In this document: positions 1 to 15,500 of the stretch, piece after piece
Layout of the letters: each line of letters opens with the position of its first letter
Position numbering within the stretch: position 1 is the first letter of the stretch
Assembly: GCA_964035545.1 (NCBI GenBank)
Contig: OZ037766.1
Location: forward strand, 18,811,081-18,875,080
DNA from: Bugula neritina
Lineage: Eukaryota; Animalia; Bryozoa
Direction: 5' to 3'
Length of the DNA stretch: 64,000 nucleotides
The notes under the pieces: model-generated
Told to the model about the DNA's origin: nothing
What the model saw: the letters and a program-made list of their open reading frames with translations, nothing else
Databases searched by the model: none
Translations under genes and position numbers: made by a program

Positions 1-176
1 TCAGTATGTTGCAGTGTATTTCAGTATGTTGCAGTATGTTGCAGTGTATTTCAGTATGTTACAGTGTATTTCAGTATGTTGCAGTATTTTGCAGTATATT
101 TCAGTATGCTGCATTATATTTCAGTATGTTGCAGTATATTTCAGTATGTTGCAGTATGTTTTAGTACTTTACAGTT

Positions 177-1524
177 CATTTCTGTATATTACAGTATACA
201 TCAGTATGTTGCAGTGTCCTTCAGTATGTTGCGATGTGTTTCAATGTTTTACAGTATATTTCAGTAGTTACCATATATTTCGGTATGTTGCAGTATATTT
301 CAATGTGGTGCACTGTATTTCAATATGTTACTGTGTACTTCAGTATGTTGTAGTATGTTGCAGTGTATTTCAGTATGTTGCAGTGTATTTCAGTATGTTG
401 CAGTATGTTCTAGTATATTTCAGTATGTTACAGTGTATTTCAGTATGTTGCAGTGTATTTCAGTGTGTTACAGTATATTTCAGTATGTTACAGTATATTT
501 CTTTATATTACACTATATTTCAGTGAGTTGCAGTGTAGTTCAGTGTGCTACAGCATATTTCAGTATGTTGCAGTGTTTTTCAATTTGTTACAGTACATTT
601 CAGTATATTACCGTAAATTTAAGTATGTTAAAGTTTATTCCGATGTGTTGCAGTGTATTTCAGTATGATACAGTGTATTTCAGTATGTTGCAGTGTTTTG
701 CAATATATTTCAAATGTTACAGTGTATTTCAGTGTGTTGCAGTGGATTTCAGTATGATACAATAAGTTCCAGTATGTTGAAGTATATTTCAGTGGGTTAC
801 AGTATATTTCAGTATGATACAGTGCATTTCGGTGCGTTACAGTATATTTCAGTATGATACAGCGTATTTCAGTATGTTTCAGTGTATTTAGGTATACTTC
901 AATATTTTTAGGTATATTTCAGTATGTTGAAGTATATTTTAGTATGTTGCAGTGTCATTCAATATGTTACAGTGTATTTCAGTATGTTGCAGTATGTTGC
1001 AGTGTATTTCAGTATGTTATGGTGTATTTCAGTATGTTTCAAAATTTTTAGGTATACTCCAGTATGTTGAATTATATTTTAGTATGTTGCAGTGTAATTC
1101 AGTATGTTGCAGTATATTTCAGTGTGTTGTCGTATGTTTTAGTATTTTACAGTACATTTCTGTATATTATAGTATACATCAGTGTGTTGCAGTGTACTTC
1201 AGTACGTTGCGGTGTGTTTCAATGTGTTACAGTATATTTCAGTAGTTTACCATATATTTCGGTATGTTGCAGTATATTTCAATGTGGTGCACTGTATTTC
1301 AGTATGTCACTGTGTATTTCAATATGTTGTAGTATGTTGTAATGTATTTCAGTATGTTGCAGTGTATTTCAGTATGTTGCAGTATGTTGCAGTGTATTTC
1401 AGTATGTTACAGTGTATTTCAGTATGTTGCAGTATTTTGCAGTATATTTCAGTATGCTGCATTATATTTCAGTATGCTGCAGTATATTTCAGTATGTTGC
1501 AGTATGTTTTAGTACTTTACAGTT
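177..1524 (+). repeat. 1348-bp higher-order unit (representative copy); also tandem at about 54100-57200 and 59700-61938
   Basis: CATTTCTGTATATTACAGTATACATCAGTATG occurs at 177 and 1525. ORF-marker pairs 64/1412, 54446/55794, 54975/56323 and 59829/61177 all differ by 1348. Confidence 0.85.
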
Positions 1525-4500
1525 CATTTCTGTATATTACAGTATACATCAGTATGTTGCAGTGTCCTTCAGTATGTTGCGATGTGTTTCAATGTGTTAC
1601 AGTATATTTCAGTAGTTACCATATATTTCGGTATGTTGCAGTATATTTCAATGTGGTGCACTGTATTTCAATATGTTACTGTGTACTTCAGTATGTTGTA
1701 GTATGTTGCAGTGTATTTCAGCATGTTGCTGTGTATTTCAGTATGTTTCAGTGTATTTCTGTATGTTGCAGTGTTTTGCAATATATTTCAAATGTTACAG
1801 TGTATTTCAGTGTGTTGCAGTATATTTCAGTATGATACAATAAGTTTCAGTATGTTGAAGTATATTTCAGTGGGTTACAGTATATTTCAGTATGATACAG
1901 TGCATTTCGGTGCGTTACAGTATATTTCAGTATGATACAGCGTATTTCAGTATGTTTCAGTGTATATCAGTATACTTCAATATTTTTAGGTATATTTCAG
2001 TATGTTGAAGTATATTTTAGTATATTGCAGTGTCATTCAATATGTTACAGTGTATTTCAGTATGTTGCAGTATGTTGCAGTGTATTTCAGTATGTTGCAG
2101 TGTATTTCAGTATGTTGCAGTATGTTCTAGTATATTTCAGTATGTTACAGTGTATTTCAGTATGTTGCAGTGTATTTCAGTGTGTTACAGTATATTTCAG
2201 TATGTTACAGTATATTTCTTTATATTACACTATATTTCAGTGAGTTGCAGTGTAGTTCAGTGTGCTACAGCATATTTCAGTATGTTGCAGTGTTTTTCAA
2301 TTTGTTACAGTACATTTCAGTATATTACCGTAAATTTAAGTATGTTAAAGTTTATTCCGATGTGTTGCAGTGTATTTCAGTATGATACAGTGTATTTCAG
2401 TATGTTGCAGTATTTTGCAATATATTTCAAATGTTACAGTGTATTTCGGTATGTTGCAGTATATTTCAGTATGATACAGCGTATTTCAGTATGTTTCAGT
2501 GTATTTCAGTATGCTTCAATATTTTTAAGTATATTTCAGTATGTTGAAGTATATTTCAGTGGGTTACAGTATATTTCAGTATGATACAGCGCGTTTCGGT
2601 GCGTTACAGTATATTTCAGTATGATACAGCGTATTTCAGTATGTTTCAGCGTATTTCAGTATGCTTCAATATTTTTAAGTATATTTCAGTATGTTGAAGT
2701 ATATTTTAGTATGTTGCAGTGTAATTCAGTATGTTGCAGTATATTTCAGTATGTTGTCGTATGTTTCAGTGTTTTACAGGACATTTCTGTATATCACAGT
2801 ATACTTGAGTGTGTTGCAGTGTATTTGAGTATGCTGCGATATGTTTAAATGTGTTACAGTATATTTCAGTAGTTTACCATATATTTCGGTATGTTGCAGT
2901 ATATTTCAATGTGTTGCACTGCATTTCAATATGTTACAGTATATTTCGATTTGTTGCAGTATGTTGCAGTATATTTCAGTAGTTTGCAACATATCTCAGT
3001 AGGTTACCATATATTTCGGTATGATGCAGCATATTTCAGTATGTTACAGTGTATTTCAGTATGTTGCGGTATCTTGCAGTATATTTGAGTATGTAGCAGT
3101 ATATTTCAGTATGCTGCAGTCTGTTTCAGTATATTACAGTATATTTCAGTATTCTGCAGTATGTCTCAGGGTGTTACAGTATATTTCATTATGTTGCAGT
3201 ATGTTGCAGTATATTTCAGTAGTTTGCAACATATTTCTGTAGGTTACCATATATTTCGGTATGTTGCAGCATATTTCAATCTGTTGCAGTGTTTTCAGTA
3301 TGTTGCAGTATATTTCAGTGGGTTATAGTATATTTCAGTATGATACAGCGTAGTTCAGTATGTTGCAAAGGTTTTCAATATGTTGCAGTATATTTAAGTA
3401 TGTTGCAGTATGTTTCAGTGGGTTACAGTATATTTCATTATGTTGCAGTATGTTGCAGTATATTTCAGTAGTTTGCAACATATTTCAGTAGGATACCATA
3501 TATTACGGTATGTTGCAGTATATTTCAATGTGTTGCAGCGTATTTCAATATGTTACAGTGTTTTTCAGTATGTTGCAGTATGTTGCAGTGTATTTCAGTA
3601 TGTTATGGTGCATTTCAGTATGTTTCAAAATTTTTAGGTATATTTCAGTATGTTGAAGTATATTTTAGTATGTTGCAGTGTAATTCAGTATGTTGTCGTA
3701 TGTTTTAGTATTTTACAGTAAATTTCTGTATATTGCAGTATACATCAGTGTGTTGCAGTGTATTTGAGTATGCTGCGATATGTTCAAATGTGTTACAGTA
3801 TATTTCAGTAGTTTACCATATATTTCGGTATGTTGCAGTATATTTCAATGTGTTGCACTGCATTTCAATATGTTACAGTATATTTCATTTTGTTGCAGTA
3901 TGTTGCAGTATATTTCAGTAGTTTGCAACATATCTCAGTAGGTTACCATATATTTCGGTATGTTGCAGTATATTTCAATGTGCTGCAGTGTATTTCAATA
4001 TGTTGCAGTGTATTTCAGTGTGTTACAGTATATTTCAGTATGTTACAGCACATTTCTTTGTATTACACTATATTTCAGTGAGTTGCAGTGTAGTTCAGTG
4101 TGCTACAGCATATCTGAGTATGTTGCAGTGTTTTTCAATTTGTTACAGTATATTTCAGTATATTACCGTATATTTAAGTATGTCAAAGTTTATTCCGATG
4201 TGTTGCGGTGTATTTCAGTATGTTTCAGTGTATTTCTGTATGTTGCAGTGTTTTGCAATATATTTCAAATGTTACAGTGTATTTCAGTGTGTTGCAGTAT
4301 ATTTCAGTATGATACAATAAGTTTCAGTATGTTGAAGTATATTTCATTGGGTTACAGTATATTTCAGTATGATACAGTGCATTTCGGTGCGTTACAGTAT
4401 ATTTCAGTATGATACAGCGTATTTCAGTATGTTTCAGTGTATTTCAGTATACTTCAATATTTTTAGGTATATTTCAGTATGTTGAAGTATATTTTAGTAT

Positions 4501-7305
4501 ATTGCAGTGTCATTCAATATGTTACAGTGTATTTCAGTATGTTGCAGTATGTTGCAGTGTATTTCAGTATGTTATGGTGTATTTCAGTATGTTTCAAAAT
4601 TTTTAGGTATACTTCAGTATGTTGAATTATATTTTAGTATGTTGCAGTGTAATTCAGTATGTTGCAGTATATTTCAGTGTGTTGTCGTATGTTTTAGTAT
4701 TTTACAGTACATTTCTGTATATTACAGTATACATCAGTGTGTTGCAGTGTACTTCAGTACGTTGCGGTGTGTTTCAATGTGTTACAGTATATTTCAGTAG
4801 TTTACCATATATTTCGGTATGTTGCAGTATATTTCAATGTGGTGCACTGTATTTCAGTATGTCACTGTGTATTTCAGTATGTTGTAGTATGTTGTAATGT
4901 ATTTCAGTATGTTGCAGTGTATTTCAGTATGTTGCAGTATGTTGCAGTGTATTTCAGTATGTTACAGTGTATTTCAGTATGTTGCAGTATTTTGCAGTAT
5001 ATTTTAGTATGCTGCATTATATTTCAGTATGTTGCAGTATATTTCAGTATGTTGCAGTATGTTTTAGTACTTTACAGTTCATTTCTGTATGTTACAGTAT
5101 ACATCAGTATGTTGCAGTGTCCTTCAGTATGTTGCGATGTGTTTCAATGTGTTACAGTATATTTCAGTAGTTACCATATATTTCGGTATGTTGCAGTATA
5201 TTTCAATGTGGTGCACCATATTTCAATATGTTACTGTGTACTTCAGTATGTTGTAGTATGTTGCAGTGTATTTCAGTATGTTGCAGTGTATTTCAGTATG
5301 TTTCAGTGTATTTCTGTATGTTGCAGTGTTTTGCAATATATTTCAAATGTTACAGTGTATTTCAGTGTGTTGCAGTATATTTCAGTATGATACAATAAGT
5401 TTCAGTATGTTGAAGTATATTTCAGTGGGTTACAGTATATTTCAGTATGATACAGTGCATTTCGGTGCGTTACAGTATATTTCAGTATGATACAGCGTAT
5501 TTCAGTATGTTTCAGTGTATTTCAGTATACTTCAATATTTTTAGGTATATTTCAGTATGTTGAAGTATATTTTAGTATATTGCAGTGTCATTCAATATGT
5601 TACAGTGTATTTCAGTATGTTGCAGTATGTTGCAGTGTATTTCAGTATGTTGCAGTGTATTTCAGTATGTTGCAGTATGTTCTAGTATATTTCAGTATGT
5701 TACAGTGTATTTCAGTATGTTGCAGTGTATTTCAGTGTGTTACAGTATAATTCAGTATGTTACAGTATATTTCTTTATATTACACTATATTTCAGTGAGT
5801 TGCAGTGTAGTTCAGTGTGCTACAGCATATTTCAGTATGTTGCAGTGTTTTTCAATTTGTTACAGTACATTTCAGTATATTACCGTAAATTTAAGTATGT
5901 TAAAGTTTATTCCGATGTGTTGCAGTGTATTTCAGTATGATACAATGTATTTCAGTATGTTGCAGTATTTTGCAATATATTTCAAATGTTACAGTGTATT
6001 TCGGTATGTTGCAGTATATTTCAGTATGATACAGCGTATTTCAGTATGTTTCAGTGTATTTCAGTATGCTTCAATATTTTTAAGTATATTTCAGTATGTT
6101 GAAGTATATTTCAGTGGGTTACAGTATATTTCAGTATGATACAGTGCGTTTCGGTGCGTTACAGTATATTTCAGTATGATACAGCGTATTTCAGTATGTT
6201 TCAGCGTACTTCAGTATGCTTCAATATTTTTAAGTATATTTCAGTATGTTGAAGTATATTTTAGTATGTTGCAGTGTAATTCAGTATGTTGCAGTATATT
6301 TCAGTATGTTGTCGTATGTTTCAGTGTTTTACAGGACATTTCTGTATATTACAGTATACTTGAGTGTGTTGCAGTGTATTTGAGTATGCTGCGATATGTT
6401 TAAATGTGTTACAGTATATTTCAGTAGTTTACCATATATTTCGGTATGTTGCAGTATATTTCAATGTGTTGCACTGCATTTCAATATGTTACAGTATATT
6501 TCATTTTGTTGCAGTATGTTGCAGTATATTTCAGTAGTTTGCAACATATCTCAGTAGGTTACCATATATTTCGGTATGATGCAGCATATTTCAGTATGTT
6601 ACAGTGTATTTCAGTATGTTGCGGTATCTTGCAGTATATTTGAGTATGTAGCAGTATATTTCAGTATGCTGCAGTCTGCTTCAGTATATTACAGTATATT
6701 TCAGTATTCTGCAGTATGTCTCAGGGTGTTACAGTATATTTCATTATGTTGCAGTATGTTGCAGTATATTTCAGTAGTTTGCAACATATTTCTGTAGGTT
6801 ACCATATATTTCGGTATGTTGCAGCATATTTCAATCTGTTGCAGTGTTTTCAGTATGTTGCAGTATATTTCAGTGGGTTATAGTATATTTCAGTATGATA
6901 CAGCGTAGTTCAGTATGTTGCAAAGGTTTTCAATATGTTGCAGTATATTTAAGTATGTTGCAGTATGTTTCAGTGGGTTGCAGTATATTTCATTATGTTG
7001 CAGTATGTTGCAGTATATTTCAGTAGTTTGCAACATATTTCAGTAGGTTACCATATATTACGGTATGTTGCAGTATATTTCAATGTGTTGCAGCGTATTT
7101 CAATATGTTACAGTGTATTTCAGTATGTTGCAGTATGTTGCAGTGTATTTCAGTATGTTATGGTGCATTTAAGTATGTTTCAAAATTTTTAGGTATATTT
7201 CAGTATGTTGAAGTATATTTTAGTATGTTGCAGTGTAATTCAGTATGTTGTCGTATGTTTTAGTATTTTACAGTAAATTTCTGTATATTGCAGTATACAT
7301 CAGTG
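690..7305 (+). repeat. Near-tandem duplication, period 3555 bp (about 690-3750 vs 4245-7305)
   Basis: Marker pairs 854/4409, 1182/4737, 1932/5487, 2621/6176 and 3410/6965 all differ by 3555. Boundaries are approximate. Confidence 0.85.
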
Positions 7306-9537
7306 TGTTACAGTGTACTTCAGTATGTTGCGGTGTGTTTCAATGTGTTACAGTATATTTCAGTAGTTTACCATATATTTCGGTATGTTGCAGTATATTT
7401 CAATGTGGTGCACTGTATTTCAATATGTTACTGTGTATTTGAGTATGTTGTAGTATGTTGCATTGTATTTCAGTATGTTGCAGTGTATTTCAGTATGTTG
7501 CAGTATGTTGCAGTGTATTTCAGTATGTTACAGTGTATTTCAGTAAGTTGCAGTATCTTGCAGTATATTTCAGAATGTTGCAGTATATTTCAGTATGTTG
7601 CAGTATGTTGTAGTACTTTACAGTTCATTTCTGTATATTACAGTATACATCAGTATGTTGCAGTGTCCTTCAGTATGTTGCGGTGTTTTTCATTGTGTTA
7701 CAGTATATTTCAGTAGTTTACCATACATTTCGGTATGTTGCAGTATATTTCAATGTGGTGCACTGTATTTCAATATGTTACTGTGTACTTCAGTATGTTG
7801 TAGTATGTTGCAGTGTATTTCAGTATGTTGCAGTGTATTTCAGTATGTTGCAGTATGTTCTAGTATATTTCAGTATGTTACAGTGTATTTCAGTATGTTG
7901 CAGTGTATTTCAGTGTGTTACAGTATATTTCAGTATGTTACAGTACATTTCTTTATATTACACTATATTTCAGTGAGTTGCAGTGTAGTTCAGTGTGCTA
8001 CAGCATATTTCAGTATGTTGCAGTGTTTTTCAATTTGTTACAGTATATTTCAGTATACTACCATATATTTAAGTATGTTAAAGTTTATTCCAATGTGTTG
8101 TCGTGTATTTCAGTATGTTACAGTGTATTTCAGTATGTTGCAGTATTTTGCAATATATTTCAAATGTTACAGTGTATTTCAGTATGTTGCAGTATATTTC
8201 AGTATGATACAATAAGTTTCGGTATGTTGGAGTATATTTCAGTGGGTTACAGCATATTTCAGTATGATACAGTGCATTTCGATTCGTTACAGTATATTTC
8301 AGTATGATACAGCGTATTTCAGTATGTTTCAGTGTATTTCAGTATTCTTCAATATTTTTAAGTATATTTCAGTATGTTGAAGTATATTTTAGTATGTTGC
8401 AGTGTAATTCAGTATGTTGCATTATATTTCAGTATGTTGTCATATGTTTCGGTATTTTACAGGACATTTCTGTATATTACAGTATACTTCAGTGTGTTGC
8501 AGTGTATTTCAGTATGCTGCGATATGTTTAAATGTGTTACAGTATATTTCAAAAGTTTACCATATATTTCGGTATGTTGCAGTATATTTCAATGTGTTGC
8601 ACTGCATTTCAATATGTCACAGTATCCTTCATTTTGTTGCAGTATGTTGCAGTATATTTCAGTAGTTTGCAACATATCTCAGTAGGTTACCATATATTTC
8701 GGTATGATGCAGCATATTTCAGTATGTTACAGTGTATTTCAGTATGTTGCGGTGTGTTTCAATGTGTTACAGTATATTTCAGTAGTTTACCATATAATTC
8801 GGTATGTTGCAGTATATTTCAATGTGGTGCACTATATTTCAATATGTTACTGTGTATTTCAGTATGTTGTAGTATGTTGCAATGTATTTCAATATGTTGC
8901 AGTGCATTTCAGTATGTTGCAGTATGTTCTAGTATATTTCAGTATGTTGCAGTATATTTCAGTATGTTGCAGTATATTATTTCAGTGGGTTACAGTATAT
9001 TCCAGTATGTTGCAGTATATTGCAGTATAATTCAGTAGTTTGCAACATATTTCTGGAGGTTACCATATATTTCGGTATGTTGCAGTATATTTCAATGTGC
9101 TGCAGTGTATTTCAATATGTTACAGTGTATTTCGGTATGTTGCAGTATGTTCTAGTATATTTCCGTATGTTACAGTGTATTTCAGTATGTTGCAGTGTAT
9201 TTCAGTGTGTTACAGTATATTTCAGTATGTTACAGCACATTTCTTTGTATTACACTATATTTCAGTGAGTTGCAGTGTAGTTCAGTGTGCTACAGCATAT
9301 CTGAGTATGTTGCAGTGTTTTTCAATTTGTTACCGTATATTTCAGTATATTACCGTATATTTAAGTATGTCAAAGTTTATTCCGATGTGTTGCAGTGTAT
9401 TTAAGTATGTTTCAGTGTATTTCTGTATGTTGCAGTGTTTTGCAATATATTTCAAATGTTACAGTGTATTTCAGTGTGTTGCAGTATATTTCAGTATGAT
9501 ACAATAAGTTTCAGTATGTTGAAGTATATTTCAGTGG

Positions 9538-12500
9538 GTTACAGTATATTTCAGTATGATACAGTGCATTTCGGTGCGTTACAGTATATTTCAGTATGAT
9601 ACAGCGTATTTCAGTATGTTTCAGTGTATTTCAGTATACTTCAATATTTTTAGGTATATTTCAGTATGTTGAAGTATATTTTAGTATGTTGCAGTGTCAT
9701 TCAATATGTGACAGTGTATTTCAGTATGTTGCAGTATGTTGCAGTGTATTTCAGTATGTTATGGTGTATTTCAGTATGTTTCAAAATTTTTAGGTATACT
9801 TCAGTATGTTGAATTATATTTTAGTATGTTGCAGTGTAATTCAGTATGTTGCAGTATATTTCAGTGTGTTGTCGTATGTTTTAGTATTTTACAGTACATT
9901 TCTGTATATTACAGTATACATCAGTGTGTTGCAGTGTACTTCAGTACGTTGCGGTGTGTTTCAATGTGTTACAGTATATTTCAGTAGTTTACCATATATT
10001 TCGGTATGTTGCAGTATATTTCAATGTGGTGCACTGTATTTCAGTATGTCACTGTGTATTTCAGTATGTTGTAGTATGTTGTAATGTATTTCAGTATGTT
10101 GCAGTGTATTTCAGTATGTTGCAGTATGTTGCAGTGTATTTCAGTATGTTACAGTGTATTTCAGTATGTTGCAGTATTTTGCAGTATATTTCAGTATGCT
10201 GCATTATATTTCAGTATGTTGCAGTATATTTCAGTATGTTGCAGTATGTTTTAGTACTTTACAGTTCATTTCTGTATATTACAGTATACATCAGTATGTT
10301 GCAGTGTCCTTCAGTATGTTGCGATGTGTTTCAATGTGTTACAGTATATTTCAGTAGTTACCATATATTTCGGTATGTTGCAGTATATTTCAATGTGGTG
10401 CACTGTATTTCAATATGTTACTGTGTACTTCAGTATGTTGTAGTATGTTGCAGTGTATTTCAGTATGTTGCAGTGTATTTCAGTATGTTGCAGTATGTTC
10501 TAGTATATTTCAGTATGTTACAGTGTATTTCAGTATGTTGCAGTGTATTTCAGTGTGTTACAGTATATTTCAGTATGTTACAGTATATTTCTTTATATTA
10601 CACTATATTTCAGTGAGTTGCAGTGTAGTTCAGTGTGCTACAGCATATTTCAGTATGTTGCAGTGTTTTTCAATTTGTTACAGTACATTTCAGTATATTA
10701 CCGTAAATTTAAGTATGTTAAAGTTTATTCCGATGTGTTGCAGTGTATTTCAGTATGATACAGTGTATTTCAGTATGTTGCAGTATTTTGCAATATATTT
10801 CAAATGTTACAGTGTATTTCGGTATGTTGCAGTATATTTCAGTATGATACAGCGTATTTCAGTATGTTTCAGTGTATTTCAGTATGCTTCAATATTTTTA
10901 AGTATATTTCAGTATGTTGAAGTATATTTCAGTGGGTTACAGTATATTTCAGTATGATACAGTGCGTTTCGGTGCGTTACAGTATATTTCAGTATGATAC
11001 AGCGTATTTCAGTATGTTTCAGCGTATTTCAGTATGCTTCAATATTTTTAAGTATATTTCAGTATGTTGAAGTATATTTTAGTATGTTGCAGTATATTTC
11101 AGTGTTTTACAGGACATTTCTGTATATTACAGTATACTTCAGTGTGTTGCAGTGTATTTGAGTATGCTGCGATATGTTTAAATGTGTTACAGTATATTGC
11201 AGTAGTTAACCATATATTTTGGTATGTTGCAGTATATTTCAATGTGTTGCACTGCATTTCAATATGTTACAGTATATTTCATTTTGTTGCAGTATGTTGC
11301 AGTATATTTCAGTAGTTTGCAACATATCTCAGTAGGTTACCATATATTTCGGTATGATGCAGCATATTTCAGTATGTTACAGTGTATTTCAGTATGTTGC
11401 GGTATCTTGCAGTATATTTGAGTAGGTAGCAGTATATTTCAGTATGCTGCAGTCTGTTTCAGTATATTACAGTATATTCCAGTATTCTGCAGTATGTTTC
11501 AGGGTGTTACAGTATATTTCATTATGTTGCAGTATGTTGCAGTATATTTCAGTAGTTTGCAACATATTTCTGTAGGTTACCATATATTTCGGTATGTTGC
11601 AGCATATTTCAATCTGTTGCAGTGTTTTCAGTATGTTGCAGTATATTTCAGTGGGTTGTAGTATATTTCAGTATGATACAGCGTACTTCAGTATGTTGCA
11701 GTATGTTTCAGTATGTTGCAGTATATTTAAGTATGTTGCAGTATGTTTCAGTGGGTTACAGTATATTTCATTATGTTGCAGGATGTTACAGTATATTTCA
11801 GTAGTTTGCAACATATTTCAGTAGGTTACCATACATTACGGTATGTTGCAGTATATTTCAATGTGTTGCAGCGTATTTCAATATGTTACAGTGTATTTCA
11901 GTATGTTGCAGTATTGTGCAGTGTATTTCAGTATGTTATTGTGTATTTCAGTATGTTGTAGTATGTTGCAGTGTATTTCAGTATGTTGCAGTGTATTTCA
12001 GTATGTTGCAGTATGTTTTAGTACTTTACAGTTCATTTCTGTATATTACAGTATACATCAGTATGTTGCAGTGTCCTTCAGTATGTTGCGGTGTGTTTCA
12101 ATGTGTTACAGTATATTTCAGTAGTTACCATATATTTCGGTATGTTGCAGTATATTTCAATGTGGTGCACTGTATTTCAATATGTTACTGTGTACTTCAG
12201 TATGTTGTAGTATGTTGCAGTGTATTTCAGTATGTTGCAGTGTATTTCAGTATGTTGCGGTATGTTCTAGTATATTTCAGTATGTTACAGTGTATTTCAG
12301 TATGTTGCAGTGTATTTCAGTGTGTTACAGTATATTTCAGTATGTTACAGTATATTTCTTTATATTACACTATATTTCAGTGAGTTGCAGTGTAGTTCAG
12401 TGTGCTACAGCATATTTCAGTATGTTGCAGTGTTGTTCAATTTGTTACAGTACATTTCAGTATATTACCGTAAATTTAAGTATGTTAAAGTTTATTCCGA

Positions 12501-15500
12501 TGTGTTGCAGTGTATTTCAGTATGTTACAGTGTATTTCAGTATGTTGCAGTATTTTGCAATATATTTCAAATGTTACAGTGTATTTCAGTATGTTGCAGT
12601 ATATTTCAGTATGATACAATAAGTTTCAGTATGTTTCAGTGGGTTACAGTATCTTTCAGTATGATACAGTGCGTTTTGGTGCGTTACAGTATATTTCAGT
12701 ATGATACAGTGCATTTCGGTGCGTTACAGTATATTTCAGTATGATACAGCGTATTTCAGTATGTTTCAGTGTATTTCAGTATACTTCAATATTTTTAGGT
12801 ATATTTCAGTATGTTGAAGTATATTTTAGTATGTTGCAGTGTCATTCAATATGTTACAGTGTATTTCAGTATGTTGCAGTATGTTGCAGTGTATTTCAGT
12901 ATGTTATGGTGTATTTCAGTATGTTTCAAAATTTTTAGGTATACTTCAGTATGTTGAATTATATTTTAGTATGTTGCAGTGTAATTCAGTATGTTGCAGT
13001 ATATTTCAGTGTGTTGTCGTATGTTTTAGTATTTTACAGTACATTTCTGTATATTACAGTATACATCAGTGTGTTGCAGTGTACTTCAGTACGTTGCGGT
13101 GTGTTTCAATGTGTTACAGTATATTTCAGTAGTTTACCATATATTTCGGTATGTTGCAGTATATTTCAATGTGGTGCACTGTATTTCAGTATGTCACTGT
13201 GTATTTCAGTATGTTGTAGTATGTTGTAATGTATTTCAGTATGTTGCAGTGTATTTCAGTATGTTGCAGTATGTTGCAGTGTATTTCAGTATGTTACAGT
13301 GTATTTCAGTATGTTGCAGTATTTTGCAGTATATTTCAGTATGCAGCATTATATTTCAGTATGTTGCAGTATATTTCAGTATGTTGCAGTATGTTTTAGT
13401 ACTTTACAGTTCATTTCTGTATATTACAGTATACATCAGTATGTTGCAGTGTCCTTCAGTATCTTGCGATGTGTTTCAATGTGTTACAGTATATTTCAGT
13501 AGTTACCATATATTTCGGTATGTTGCAGTATATTTCAATGTGGTGCACTGTATTTCAATATGTTACTGTGTACTTCAGTATGTTGTAGTATGTTGCAGTG
13601 TATTTCAGTATGTTGCAGTGTATTTCAGTATGTTGCAGTATGTTCTAGTATATTTCAGTATGTTACAGTGTATTTCAGTATGTTGCAGTGTATTTCAGTG
13701 TGTTACAGTATATTTCAGTATGTTACAGTATATTTCTTTATATTACACTATATTTCAGTGAGTTGCAGTGTAGTTCAGTGTGCTACAGCATATTTCAGTA
13801 TGTTGCAGTGTTTTTCAATTTGTTACAGTACATTTCAGTATATTACCGTAAATTTAAGTATGTTAAAGTTTATTCCGATGTGTTGCAGTGTATTTCAGTA
13901 TGACACAGTGTATTTCAGTATGTTGCAGTGTTTTGCAATATATTTCAAATGTTACAGTGTATTTCGGTATGTTGCAGTATATTTCAGTATGATACAGCGT
14001 ATTTCAGTATGTTTCAGTGTATTTCAGTATGCTTCAATATTTTTAAGTATTTTTCAGTATGTTGAAGTATATTTCAGTGGGTTACAGTATATTTCAGTAT
14101 GATACAGTGCGTTTCGGTGCTTTACAGTATATTTCAGTATGATACAGCGTATTTCAGTATGTTTCAGCGTATTTCAGTATGCTTCAATGTTTTTAAGTAT
14201 ATTTCAGTATGTTGAAGTATATTTTAGTATGTTGCAGTATATTTCAGTGTTTTACAGGACATTTCTGTATATTACAGTATACTTCAGTGTGTTGCAGTGT
14301 ATTTGAGTATGCTGCGATATGTTTAAATGTGTTACAGTATATTGCAGTAGTTAACCATATATTTCGGTATGTTGCAGTATATTTCAATGTGTTGCACTGC
14401 ATTTCAATATGTTACAGTATATTTCATTTTGTTGCAGTATGTTGCAGTATATTTCAGTAGTTTGCAACATATCTCAGTAGGTTACCATATATTTCGGTAT
14501 GATGCAGCATATTTCAGTATGTTACAGTGTATTTCAGTATGTTGCGGTATCTTGCAGTATATTTGAGTAGGTAGCAGTATATTTCAGTATGCTGCAGTCT
14601 GTTTCAGTATATTACAGTATATTCCAGTATTCTGCAGTATGTTTCAGGGTGTTACAGTATATTTCATTATGTTGCAGTATGTTGCAGTATATTTCAGTAG
14701 TTTGCAACATATTTCTGTAGGTTACCATATATTTCGGTATGTTGCAGCATATTTCAATCTGTTGCAGTGTTTTCAGTATGTTGCAGTATATTTCAGTGGG
14801 TTGTAGTATATTTCAGTATGATACAGCGTACTTCAGTATGTTGCAGTATGTTTCAGTATGTTGCAGTATATTTAAGTATGTTGCAGTATGTTTCAGTGGG
14901 TTACAGTATATTTCATTATGTTGCAGGATGTTACAGTATATTTCAGTAGTTTGCAACATATTTCAGTAGGTTACCATACATTACGGTATGTTGCAGTATA
15001 TTTCAATGTGTTGCAGCGTATTTCAATATGTTACAGTGTATTTCAGTATGTTGCAGTATTGTGCAGTGTATTTCAGTATGTTATTGTGTATTTCAGTATG
15101 TTGTAGTATGTTGCAGTGTATTTCAGTATGTTGCAATGTATTTCAGTATGTTGCAGTAGGTTTTAGTACTTTACAGTTCATTTCTGTAAATTACAGTATA
15201 CATCAGTATGTTGCAGTGTCCTTCAGTATGTTGCGGTGTGTTTCAATGTGTTACAGTATATTTCAGTAGTTACCATATATTTCGGTATGTTGCAGTATAT
15301 TTCAATGTGGTGCACTGTATTTCAATATGTTACTGTGTACTTCAGTATGTTGTAGTATGTTGCAGTGTATTTCAGTATGTTGCAGTGTATTTCAGTATGT
15401 TGCGGTATGTTCTAGTATATTTCAGTATGTTACAGTGTATTTCAGTATGTTGCAGTGTATTTCAGTGTGTTACAGTATATTTCAGTATGTTACAGTATAT

